A DNA stretch of 64,000 nucleotides from the NCBI GenBank assembly GCA_015056545.1, contig SVGE01000002.1:12120-76119 (forward strand), read 5' to 3'. This DNA is from Clostridiales bacterium. GTDB taxonomy: Bacteria; Bacillota; Clostridia; TANB77; SIG350. The position numbers and the translations under genes are program-made. The notes beneath the pieces are model-generated. The model saw nothing but the letters and a program-made list of their open reading frames with translations. It was not told the origin of the DNA and did no database searches. Shown here in pieces: positions 32,938-41,658 of the stretch (positions within the stretch are counted from its first letter, which is position 1; the number at the start of each line of letters is the position of its first letter).

Positions 32938-33067
32938 TTGAAAATATCTTAGAAAATGATATAATTGATTTATCAGAGAGATTTAATCAAATCTTATAGT
33001 CTTAATTTCGTAAACGTGTATAGTTAAGGCTCTACTTTTAAATAGAAAATACTATTTCTATTTTTTT
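32938..33067 (+). ncRNA. Candidate small non-coding RNA transcription unit (promoter through terminator)
   Basis: TTGAAA-16-TATAAT at 32938-32965. The roughly 95-nt region has no ATG. There is an internal 8-bp stem agtcttaa/ttaaggct. The terminator is aaatagaaa/tttctattt plus T7 at 33039-33067. The next gene has its own TTGAAA-17-TATAAT promoter. Confidence 0.35.
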
Positions 33068-33077
33068 ATTTAGAAGG

Positions 33078-33106
33078 TTGAAAAATCATGTAAAGAGTAA
33101 TATAAT
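33078..33106 (+). promoter_or_regulatory. Promoter (TTGAAA-17-TATAAT)
   Basis: ttgaaa at 33078-33083 and tataat at 33101-33106. Confidence 0.6.
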
Positions 33107-33195
33107 AACGTATATAATTATTTTATAAATATGCGAACTATAATTAAGAAGAGCAAGTTATAAATTTTAATAAAAAATTGTTAGGGGGAAAGATA

Positions 33196-33465
33196 ATGGC
33201 TAATAATCCCAAATATCGGTTTTCACGTGGTGAAGATGGATATATAATTTTTGACTCAAAGGGATATATTGTAGAGGCTAAAGGTTTTAGTTCTCTTATG
33301 TGGAGTTCTAATCTCAAAATTGATGAAGAATTGGTTGGAAAACATGTGGATGAGTTAGCGGAAATGCTAAAAAAGAATGGAAAAAGCCGTGATGAATATT
33401 TTAGATTTGAAGCATATGTTCATGTAGAGCTTTTAAAAGAAATGTTAAAAAATGCAAATGGGTAA
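33196..33465 (+). CDS. Hypothetical small protein (89 aa)
   Basis: ATG 33196 follows SD ggggga. The terminator hairpin aaggatatca/tgatatcctt lies at 33474-33504. No motif was recognised. Confidence 0.45.
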   Translation: MANNPKYRFSRGEDGYIIFDSKGYIVEAKGFSSLMWSSNLKIDEELVGKHVDELAEMLKKNGKSRDEYFRFEAYVHVELLKEMLKNANG

Positions 33466-33589
33466 ATTAATAGAAGGATATCATATTTGGTGATATCCTT
33501 TTTGCTTTATTGAAAAGTTATTGAAAAAATAAATTATATATGTTAAATTATAATTAATAATAATTATATAAAAAAAGAGGGAGAATACA

Positions 33590-34057
33590 ATGAAACCACA
33601 AATGTTTAAATTAGTAAAATATGAAGAATTTATACCTATTATTAAAGAATTCGATACAATATTAAACAAAGAAGCTTTTTTAGATTTTTATAGTAAATAT
33701 ATATATATGTTTAATAATTCTAAAACAATTATTTTAAATGAAGATTGTATAACTGGATATGAAAAAGGTTCAATTTTTTATGATGAAAAAGATTATACTA
33801 AAGAATTAGAATTTGAAATATTAAGACCAATAACTTCAAGACAAATAACATGTTTTGATAATGCACTTAAAACATTATTTTCAGATTCTCCTTATTATGA
33901 TAATAGGGAAGAACAAAAAGAGCATGATAGTTTAGCAGAATTAGTTGATTGTTTTTTTGATTATAGTAGATGTGAAAAAAAACAATATATTAGTTATAGT
34001 GAGTATCTTTTATTTAATAAACTAATGGATATATTTATAAACATATATAAAAAATAA
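33590..34057 (+). CDS. Hypothetical protein (155 aa)
   Basis: SD agaggga. No motif was recognised. Confidence 0.45.
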   Translation: MKPQMFKLVKYEEFIPIIKEFDTILNKEAFLDFYSKYIYMFNNSKTIILNEDCITGYEKGSIFYDEKDYTKELEFEILRPITSRQITCFDNALKTLFSDSPYYDNREEQKEHDSLAELVDCFFDYSRCEKKQYISYSEYLLFNKLMDIFINIYKK

Positions 34058-34087
34058 CATACTCAATAGAGTATGTTATTCTTGGTA

Positions 34088-34531
34088 TTAAAGATTTAAA
34101 GCATCAGCTTGCTCTTTTGTTATAATATGTGTTCCTTGTTTAATGAGTATGTCTTTTAAAAGACCAAGATGACTTTCAAGTAATTCAATTTTTTTCTGTT
34201 TACGAGCAATTTTTTCAGATTGGTGTAAACTTTGCCATGTTAACCATTCTTGTGCATCATAAAGATACCATGCATCATTTTTATCAATTTTAATACAATT
34301 ACCATTTGAATCTTTCAATGTGTAGGAGCCTAAAAAGCCATCGTCTTTTTGTACAATAGTAAAAACTGAAGGAGCTAAATATTGTGAAAGAGGGTGTACT
34401 GTAGGACTTGCATTTGGTCCCCAATCTACATCCTGTCCATATACAACCATTTGATTAACTTTTCCATTACCATGAATGGAATTGATGTTAATTTTTTTAC
34501 CATCTTTAAAAAATTCTAACACGACAAACAT
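34088..34531 (-). CDS. Hypothetical protein (147 aa) downstream of the orphan receiver gene
   Basis: An ORF with coding-like composition. It has a C-terminal coiled-coil-like segment (KIARKQKKIELLESHLGLLKDIL). No motif was recognised. Confidence 0.4.
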   Translation of the reverse strand: MFVVLEFFKDGKKININSIHGNGKVNQMVVYGQDVDWGPNASPTVHPLSQYLAPSVFTIVQKDDGFLGSYTLKDSNGNCIKIDKNDAWYLYDAQEWLTWQSLHQSEKIARKQKKIELLESHLGLLKDILIKQGTHIITKEQADALNL

Positions 34532-34621
34532 CCTTTCTTATGTCCGTGAGATTGGATTTGCCTGTATAGGCTTCTCACAAACATTATATAAATTTAATCC
34601 ACATAAATATTTGTGGAAAAT

Positions 34622-35026
34622 TTATTTATCAATGATTTTAATAAAATCAAACAAGAAATCTCCTTTTAATTCAGAAATATGTTCGATAATTCCATTTTGT
34701 TTTCGATATTTTTCAAATAATTCTTTTTCATCAAGAATTTCAGTAGTAGAATTAATAATTACAGGCATTTTAATATTTTTTCGCATTAATTCTTCAATTA
34801 TAAATAAGCCCCCTAAACTATCGTACTCACTACCATCATCTGAAAAAGGTAAGCCTAAGTCTAGTATAATCAAATCAATTTCATGAAAATGTTTAAATAG
34901 ATACCTCATTGCATTTGAGCTACTTTTGGTTATTTCATAAGAAAAAACTAAGTCTTGTTTTTTTAAGTATTCAATAAGATGGTTAATTTTAGCTTCTGGC
35001 ATATCTTCTATAAATAATATATTCAT
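34622..35026 (-). CDS. Stand-alone response-regulator receiver (REC) domain protein
   Basis: ATG 35026 follows SD ggaggt, which lies inside the longer track ORF. MNILFIEDMP..., DLIILDLGLP (phospho-acceptor Asp context) and VIINSTT are typical CheY-like elements. No output domain is present. Confidence 0.6.
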   Translation of the reverse strand: MNILFIEDMPEAKINHLIEYLKKQDLVFSYEITKSSSNAMRYLFKHFHEIDLIILDLGLPFSDDGSEYDSLGGLFIIEELMRKNIKMPVIINSTTEILDEKELFEKYRKQNGIIEHISELKGDFLFDFIKIIDK

Positions 35027-35202
35027 ATTTACCTCCATAAAAAGTTTATTTGAGTTTATATAATATTAAAATACTAAAACATTATACAATGTTTTTATGT
35101 AAACTTCAAGTATTTTATTGAAAAAGAAAGGTAAAGATGGTATAATACAAAAGAAATAAATTATTTTTAATATTTTAAAAATTTTTTTTAGGAGGAATTA
35201 AC

Positions 35203-35559
35203 ATGAATTTAGAAAACAAAATCTATTGTCATTGGGATTTTGTGCGGCTTATTTCAGAAGATAAACTTGTAGGTGAAGACGGAGAATTTAGAACAATGTC
35301 TGTTTCTTGTGGAAATAAATCAGAACTAATGATTTTCCTCGGAAAAGAAGGGGAAGAATACGTGGTAAGAGTATATAAAAATGAACCAACAGATAAGTAT
35401 GTTCAGAATGTTTCAGATAATGTAAAAAGTTTTGTAGATAATGATGAATATGCTACTTTCTTTTTTGATGAATATGAACATGCACAGTCTTTTGTTGATA
35501 ACTTGCCATATATTCATCCAGAGTATAGAAAAAGACCAAATAGACTTATAGAAAAATAA
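35203..35559 (+). CDS. Hypothetical protein (118 aa)
   Basis: SD aggagg. The terminator acagttacaa/ttgtagctgt lies downstream. No motif was recognised. Confidence 0.45.
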   Translation: MNLENKIYCHWDFVRLISEDKLVGEDGEFRTMSVSCGNKSELMIFLGKEGEEYVVRVYKNEPTDKYVQNVSDNVKSFVDNDEYATFFFDEYEHAQSFVDNLPYIHPEYRKRPNRLIEK

Positions 35560-35708
35560 GAACTTAAAAAACAGTTACAATTTGTAGCTGTTTTTTATAA
35601 TTTGTATAAAACAACATCAGTTGACATAATCATTGGAAAAGTGATATAATAATATTGGACAACATTATTATTGTTGTACTATTTAACCCATTATTTTTGG
35701 GTGAAAGG

Positions 35709-36131
35709 ATGAAAAAAGTGTTTAAATTTTGGAGAAAAAAGAAAGTTGTATCAAAGCAACCTCAGGAGGAAGTTAAACATGAGGAAAAAACGGAGGTAAA
35801 AGTGGAGAAAGACCGGATTCAGTTTGTAAAAGGACGAAAAGTTTATCTTACGAATCCTGAAGAAGCAAAGGATATCCCTGTATGGAATTATGTTTCGGTA
35901 TTTCGGAATACCGGACATTCAGAATGGGAGTTCTATATGGGAAATACAATAATTTCTGCTTCTAAAGCGGCTATTGAAGAAGGGAAAACTGAGGCAGATA
36001 TTACTCATCTTTTCGAAGAAGACTTAATTTATGGTGATATGATATTTACAGGAGAAAAAATATTTAACCATATAATAAGGTTCTTTACTATAGCAAAAGA
36101 AGAGGAAAACGCTATCTACATAAGAATTTAA
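35709..36131 (+). CDS. Hypothetical protein (140 aa) with a Lys/Glu-rich N-terminus
   Basis: ATG 35709 after gaaagg. GC content is visibly higher than the neighbours. A terminator (gcagtcaca/tgtggctgc) follows. Confidence 0.4.
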   Translation: MKKVFKFWRKKKVVSKQPQEEVKHEEKTEVKVEKDRIQFVKGRKVYLTNPEEAKDIPVWNYVSVFRNTGHSEWEFYMGNTIISASKAAIEEGKTEADITHLFEEDLIYGDMIFTGEKIFNHIIRFFTIAKEEENAIYIRI

Positions 36132-36171
36132 AAGTAGGTAGTAAAAAGCAGTCACATTTTGTGGCTGCTTT

Positions 36172-36852
36172 TTAATCTATTGTAGTAGATGTTCTACCTG
36201 TACCAACAACATTTTCTTGAAGTGAGCGCCAAGTATTACATCCTATAATACCATCAGGAGTTAATCCTCTACTTGATTGATAGTCTCTTACAGCATTAAA
36301 TGTATTATTACCAAATATTCCATCAAGTCCACCAGTTGTAAATCCAAGTGTATTTAAATCATCTTGTGCAATTAATACATACACACTTAGGTTTCCTCTT
36401 TTTAATAAAGGATAGCCACCAGTTAAGCAAGCAGGAGGAAATTGTCTTCTATCAAAATGTACCCAAGTAGGGGAAATACTAATAGGTTCTACATAGCTCC
36501 ATAATCCAGAATTTCTTGCACTATTTCTTAAAACAGCCCTTTGTGCATTTGTCCATCCTTGAGCAACATCGAAAGCAGTTCCTGCATAATGTTGTGATTG
36601 ATTTCCATGACCACCTTCCCAAGGTCTTCTAAAAGCAAAACCAACTGGAATTGGTGCACCATAAATACGCCTTTGTGAATTCCAAGATTTCATTGTTTTT
36701 TTTGTTGTCCATAATGTGTCACTATTACTTGCACCTCTAAATTCTTGAACAGTTAATGTTTTATTATAATTATATGGCATACGTTCTGTTAAATCCCTAT
36801 AATATGTTTCCATACGGTCAGTATCATTATTGTATACAATGATTTTTGCCAT
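36172..36852 (-). CDS. Peptidase M15-type (VanY/YcbK-like zinc D,D- or L,D-peptidase) with a C-terminal PG_binding_1 domain
   Basis: SQHYAGTAFDV (H-x6-D) and WVHFD zinc-ligand motifs. The C-terminal LDGIFGNNTFNAVRDYQSSRGLTPDGIIGCNTW matches the peptidoglycan-binding repeat. Confidence 0.65.
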   Translation of the reverse strand: MAKIIVYNNDTDRMETYYRDLTERMPYNYNKTLTVQEFRGASNSDTLWTTKKTMKSWNSQRRIYGAPIPVGFAFRRPWEGGHGNQSQHYAGTAFDVAQGWTNAQRAVLRNSARNSGLWSYVEPISISPTWVHFDRRQFPPACLTGGYPLLKRGNLSVYVLIAQDDLNTLGFTTGGLDGIFGNNTFNAVRDYQSSRGLTPDGIIGCNTWRSLQENVVGTGRTSTTID

Positions 36853-36965
36853 TTAATTCACCTCTTTAGTATATATTTTATGAAATAAATATAAAAATGG
36901 TGAAATGTTTAATGATGATAAAAAACAAAGTATTACAGTAATTACTGAAATACTTTGTTAAAGTG

Positions 36966-38105
36966 TTATTCAATTAGTTCACAAGTTCCTAATATAGAAA
37001 CTTTAATTTTTATAGTTTGATTAAGTTCAAGTTTTTTCCAAGATTCAAAATCAATCGTTAATTCTTTTGATTTATTATCTTTGTCTAAATATATAATATA
37101 GTATTTCTCAGATTTACTTGAAACTCTTTCATTTTTACTAAGGTTTGTTTCACCCCAATATGGATTTTTATCTTTACCATTTGTTTCTACATATCTTTCA
37201 TGTAGCCATTTATCAATTTCATAATAATATTTTGTTAGATAAATAGGTACATCTTTATATACAGGTTCTTCATAATACTCTGTTTCATAATATGTTTCGT
37301 AAATCGGTCTTTGTGAAGTTATTTCTTCATAATACCCATTACCAAGATCTCTATGACCTGTTACATATTCTTCATAACCAACAATACGTTCTTTGGCTAC
37401 TTGTCTGCTTTTAGTTTCATAGTGGTCTAGAACCTGTTGAAAATGTGAAAATTCAAGATTTGAATAAAGTAATCTTGCATTACTTGGAAGTGACCAGTCA
37501 CTTTCTTTAACCGTTTGATACCGTTCAATATCTATTGAACGTTCCCATCTTAAATTATCTATTGTTACTGTTTGTTCTTTTGGAATAAATAGATAAATCA
37601 TACCAATTATTAAAGCTAAGATAATTGGTATACCAGTTAATACTTTCCAATTATTTTTGAAGAAGTTAGAAGAAGAACTATTAGATGAAGAAGAGTAATT
37701 ATTATAATAATCCGAATAGTTATCATCATCATCTTTTTCAGAAGAATCCTCTTCATAGTTGGAAAAAGAATCATTGGAATAACTTGAAAGCGTAGATTCT
37801 TTTACTTCAAGTTTGGCTTTATTTTCAAAGTAATCTAAATTTTCAGAAGTTCTTTCTGCGCCACAAGACTTACAAGTTGTAACACTGTCAGGATTTAAGC
37901 TATTACAATATTGACATAACCAATCAGGATTTCTGCTTATATTTTTTGCTTCTTCTTCAGGTACATAAGTTATTTTATCAGGCATTTCAAATCTTGTATC
38001 CTTATCTCGTGGTTTACCACAATTAGGGCATTCTCTAAATCTTCCTTTAATTTTTTGACTACCGCAATATTTACAGTTCCAAAATCCTTCAATAATTCTT
38101 CCCAT
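36966..38105 (-). CDS. Zinc-ribbon membrane protein (hypothetical)
   Basis: Two CxxC...CxxC ribbons (CKYCGS..CPNCGK; CQYCNS..CKSCGA). There is an Asp/Ser/Tyr/Asn low-complexity linker, one TM (VLTGIPIILALIIGMIYLFI), and an extracytoplasmic domain of about 200 aa. Confidence 0.55.
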   Translation of the reverse strand: MGRIIEGFWNCKYCGSQKIKGRFRECPNCGKPRDKDTRFEMPDKITYVPEEEAKNISRNPDWLCQYCNSLNPDSVTTCKSCGAERTSENLDYFENKAKLEVKESTLSSYSNDSFSNYEEDSSEKDDDDNYSDYYNNYSSSSNSSSSNFFKNNWKVLTGIPIILALIIGMIYLFIPKEQTVTIDNLRWERSIDIERYQTVKESDWSLPSNARLLYSNLEFSHFQQVLDHYETKSRQVAKERIVGYEEYVTGHRDLGNGYYEEITSQRPIYETYYETEYYEEPVYKDVPIYLTKYYYEIDKWLHERYVETNGKDKNPYWGETNLSKNERVSSKSEKYYIIYLDKDNKSKELTIDFESWKKLELNQTIKIKVSILGTCELIE

Positions 38106-38320
38106 ACACGAAGACTCCTTTCATTAAATTATATAAAATAAATTAAATAAAAATATGAATAAAATTGTATGCAATATAATAACATGTTTTTAGAGCAAAT
38201 GCAAGAAAAGTAATTTACATAAATTGAAAATTATTAATAATTATGATATAATTCAAAAAGTTTATATTATTTAATATTATAATTAATAAAATAAGATTTT
38301 ATTATGTGGAGGGAAAATGA

Positions 38321-38914
38321 ATGTATTTAAAATTAAAACAATCATTAATTAAAAACTGGTGGGTTGCTCCTAAAGATGATCCAATGACATTTATTAATAT
38401 TTTAAAAAGGGAAAATATAAAACAGGATTTATTGGTTGTAGGTGAATATGAACATAGTATATCAACGAGTACAAATAAGGTGAAAAAGGTTACACAAAAC
38501 GGAGTTATAACAGCTAAAGGAACATTTTATCCTTTTGAAGAAGCTAATGGAATATATATGCAATTTCTTGTTGAGATAAATAAAGCAAATGTTATTTTTG
38601 CAACATGGTGGGAAAAACGGGGGAAAAACAAAATAATTGCAGATATTGAATATGGAAATAAAACAATAAAAAAAGCAGAATTTGATTTTGTTCCATATGC
38701 GAATTCTTTTGGTATATATATTTCTGGTTTTTCAAAAAGGTTAGATGCAAATGTAGTGTTAAATCCGCTTAGAGAAGGAAATTATTGTACAAAACTTATG
38801 ATACCAGATGAAATTAAGCAAAAAATATATAAAGGAAGATTTTTCTTAGGTTTAACACCTGCAGAAAAAGAAAGAATAAAAAAAATCAGACAAATATTTT
38901 ATAGTAATCTATAA
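38321..38914 (+). CDS. Hypothetical protein (197 aa)
   Basis: SD ggaggg. The terminator (agcatcataa/ttatgatgct) follows. No motif was recognised. Confidence 0.45.
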   Translation: MYLKLKQSLIKNWWVAPKDDPMTFINILKRENIKQDLLVVGEYEHSISTSTNKVKKVTQNGVITAKGTFYPFEEANGIYMQFLVEINKANVIFATWWEKRGKNKIIADIEYGNKTIKKAEFDFVPYANSFGIYISGFSKRLDANVVLNPLREGNYCTKLMIPDEIKQKIYKGRFFLGLTPAEKERIKKIRQIFYSNL

Positions 38915-38962
38915 TAATAAAAGCATCATAATTTAATTATTAAGTTATGATGCTTTTTCATT

Positions 38963-39439
38963 TTAATTGTTTTCTAATTTTCTCAAAACTTCAATTAAGT
39001 CTTCTTCAAATACAGTGCCTTTAGCTAAATCAATATACCAATCTTTTGTTTCTTTAATATATTTTTCTTGGAATTTAAGTGAAGCTAAATTAGCTTCTGA
39101 AAGATTGTGTATTCTATCAGCTAGTTTTACCATTTTTGCAATTGGATTATTCCTAATTCCTTCTATATATTCTTCCATGATATATCCTTTTTCTTTGGTA
39201 AGAAGCTTAACAGCATTTGCTATTGATAAATTTGTTAAACTTAATATTTCTTCAAAAGTAGTGTTAGTATCTTCTAATAAATCATGAAAAAGACCAACAA
39301 TAATATATTCATCAGAAAAACCTTTATTTTTTAGAATATCTGCTACAGCCATAGGATGAGTATAATATGGAGCTCCATGTTTTCTTGTTTGACCTGCATG
39401 TTTTTCTTTAATAAATTCTAAATATTTATTAAAATCCAT
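38963..39439 (-). CDS. HD-domain small alarmone ((p)ppGpp) hydrolase-like protein
   Basis: HAGQTRKHGAPYYTHPMAVA....GLFHDLLEDT is the RelA/SpoT-type HD hydrolase signature in a 158-aa stand-alone protein. Confidence 0.7.
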   Translation of the reverse strand: MDFNKYLEFIKEKHAGQTRKHGAPYYTHPMAVADILKNKGFSDEYIIVGLFHDLLEDTNTTFEEILSLTNLSIANAVKLLTKEKGYIMEEYIEGIRNNPIAKMVKLADRIHNLSEANLASLKFQEKYIKETKDWYIDLAKGTVFEEDLIEVLRKLENN

Positions 39440-39591
39440 TATAAAAACTCCTTTCTTTAAAAAGTGTATTAGTAAATAATAATATGTTTTTTGTAGATTA
39501 TATCAAAAATAAAAATAAAACACAAATATTTTAAAATTTTTCTTCCAATTAATTAAGAAGTGTGATAATATCTATACGAAAAGAGGTAAAT

Positions 39592-41148
39592 ATGAAAAAG
39601 AGTTTTGTTAAAACATTTAGTACAGTCTTTATAATTACATTAATTTCTAAAGTTTTAGGACTTTTAAGAGATATTGTATTTGCTAAATATTATGGAACAG
39701 GATATATTGCAACAGCATATTTTGCTGCTATACGTATTCCAACACAATTATTAGATATTGGATTAAGTGCAGCTATTACTTCAACATTTATTCCTGTTTT
39801 TAATGAAATACTTCAAAAAGATGGTAGAGATAATGCAAATAAATTTGCTGGTAATTTTATTAATATAATTGCTGCTATTGCAACAATTATATCAGTAATT
39901 GGAATAATATTTTCTGAGCAAGTGGTAACATTGCTTGCAGGAGGATTTGAAACACAAACATTTAATTTAACAGTTGATTTAATAAAAATAACTTTCCCAA
40001 TGATAATATTTACAGCAATAGCTTTTTCTTTTGTAGGCTTTTTGCAGTCATATGGTCAGTTTAATATACCAGCAATGATTAGTGCAATATCTAATTTAGC
40101 ATTGATTATATATTTAGTATTATTTAGAGAAAATTTTGGTATATATGGTGTTACAACATTTATGCTAATTGCATGGGCACTGCAAGTACTTATTCAATTA
40201 CCATCAGCATATAAAAATGGATATAGATTTAAATTTAAAATAGATTTTAAAGATGAAAATATTAAGAAAGTATTCAAATTAGCTATTCCAATAATATTTA
40301 GCACATCAGTACTTTCAGTAAATAATTTAGTAGCTACGAGATTGGCTTCAAATATGGGAGATAGTGCTGTTGCAGCATTAGAATATTCATACAAACTATA
40401 TTTAGTTATTGTTGGTGTATTTTCATATGCTATTGGGAATATTATATTTCCAGAGCTAGCTAGAAGTAGTGTTGAAAAAGATAATACAAAATATATTGAT
40501 ATAATTCAAAAAGGTGTTAGAATTTTATCATATTTATTAATACCACTTACGATAGGAATAATGATATATAAAACAGATTTAGTAAGTGTAATTTATCAAA
40601 GTGGTGAATTTAATGAAAATTCAACACTATTAACATCAGGTGCATTACTTTTTTATTCAATAGGTATGCTTGGATTTGGAATTGTTGAAGTTATGAATAA
40701 AGCATTTTATGCAAAAAAAGATGCTAAAACACCTATGTTAATAGGAATTGTAGTTATAATAGTTAATGTAGCATTAAGTTTTGGATTATCTAGAATTATG
40801 CAATTTAATGGTTTAGCATTATCTACTGCAATAACATCAACTTTAAATGCAATTATTTTGTTAATTTGTGCTAATTATAAAGAAAAGGGAATAATAAACA
40901 AAGGATTAATAATAAATTTATTTAAAATATTAATTAGTGCAGGGGTTATGTGTGTAGTTGTTATACTAATAAATAATGGACTTATTAATATAATTAATGG
41001 AAATAAATTAATGCAAATAATAAGAGTAGGTATTGGAGCATTAGTAGGTGTAATGATTTATTATTTATCTACATTACTTTTAAAAGTTGATGAAGCTTTA
41101 ATACCAGTTGATTATATAAAAAATAGAAAAAATACAGTAAATGAATAG
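39592..41148 (+). CDS. murJ: Lipid II flippase MurJ
   Basis: ATG 39592 follows SD agagg. It has LGLLRDIVFAKYYGTG near the N-terminus and about 14 TM helices in 518 aa. Confidence 0.85.
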   Translation: MKKSFVKTFSTVFIITLISKVLGLLRDIVFAKYYGTGYIATAYFAAIRIPTQLLDIGLSAAITSTFIPVFNEILQKDGRDNANKFAGNFINIIAAIATIISVIGIIFSEQVVTLLAGGFETQTFNLTVDLIKITFPMIIFTAIAFSFVGFLQSYGQFNIPAMISAISNLALIIYLVLFRENFGIYGVTTFMLIAWALQVLIQLPSAYKNGYRFKFKIDFKDENIKKVFKLAIPIIFSTSVLSVNNLVATRLASNMGDSAVAALEYSYKLYLVIVGVFSYAIGNIIFPELARSSVEKDNTKYIDIIQKGVRILSYLLIPLTIGIMIYKTDLVSVIYQSGEFNENSTLLTSGALLFYSIGMLGFGIVEVMNKAFYAKKDAKTPMLIGIVVIIVNVALSFGLSRIMQFNGLALSTAITSTLNAIILLICANYKEKGIINKGLIINLFKILISAGVMCVVVILINNGLINIINGNKLMQIIRVGIGALVGVMIYYLSTLLLKVDEALIPVDYIKNRKNTVNE

Positions 41149-41157
41149 GAGAGAAAT

Positions 41158-41658
41158 ATGTTTTATCCAAATGAAATATATGAAGCTATTGAAAAAATAG
41201 ATATACAAAAATTATTAAATAATAATATACAAGGTATGATATTAGATGTAGATAATACACTTATTGACCATAATAGAATATTAACAGATAAAGTTATTAA
41301 TTGGGTAAATGAAGTTAAAGAAGCGGGAATAAAAGTATATATTTTATCTAATACAATAAAGAAAAGAAAAGTTGAAGATGTGTCTAAAAAATTAGATATA
41401 CCATATATAATGTTTGCAAAAAAACCTTCTAAAAAAGGATTTATTGAGTGTATAGAAAAATTAAATATTAAACCTGAAAATATATGTGTAATTGGTGATC
41501 AGATTTTTACAGATATATTAGGTGGTAACAGAATGGGGATGTATACTATTTATACAAAACCTATTAATAAAAAAGATTGTAGTATAACTACAACTGTAAA
41601 AAGACCATTTGAAAAAATAGTTTTAAAAAAATATGTACAAAAGAAAGGTGATAAATAA
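41158..41658 (+). CDS. YqeG-family HAD-IIIA phosphatase
   Basis: The DxDxT motif (ILDVDNTL), SN...KP.., and GDQIFTDILGGN are typical of the YqeG family. Confidence 0.8.
   Translation: MFYPNEIYEAIEKIDIQKLLNNNIQGMILDVDNTLIDHNRILTDKVINWVNEVKEAGIKVYILSNTIKKRKVEDVSKKLDIPYIMFAKKPSKKGFIECIEKLNIKPENICVIGDQIFTDILGGNRMGMYTIYTKPINKKDCSITTTVKRPFEKIVLKKYVQKKGDK

Noticed and set aside
33001-33035. Sequence resemblance between the candidate sRNA hairpin and the pilin-leader terminator hairpin might be evidence for a shared RNA family or antisense regulation.
   Set aside because: The match is a 10-mer plus a gapped similarity of about 16 of 18 nt in very AT-rich DNA, and it is in the same sense rather than complementary. 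This is insufficient without statistics or covariation. It is mentioned only as a lead.
34476-34886. A 136-aa plus-strand ORF overlaps the 5' end of 34088-34531(-) and the receiver-domain gene.
   Set aside because: The minus-strand REC domain has a recognisable CheY-like motif set and SD. The plus-strand ORF has no SD and a junk-like composition.
36172-36852. The M15/PG_binding_1 peptidase might be a prophage endolysin marking a prophage.
   Set aside because: No terminase, portal, capsid, tail, holin or integrase-like ORFs lie within the surrounding 10 kb. The neighbours are small unrelated genes on mixed strands.
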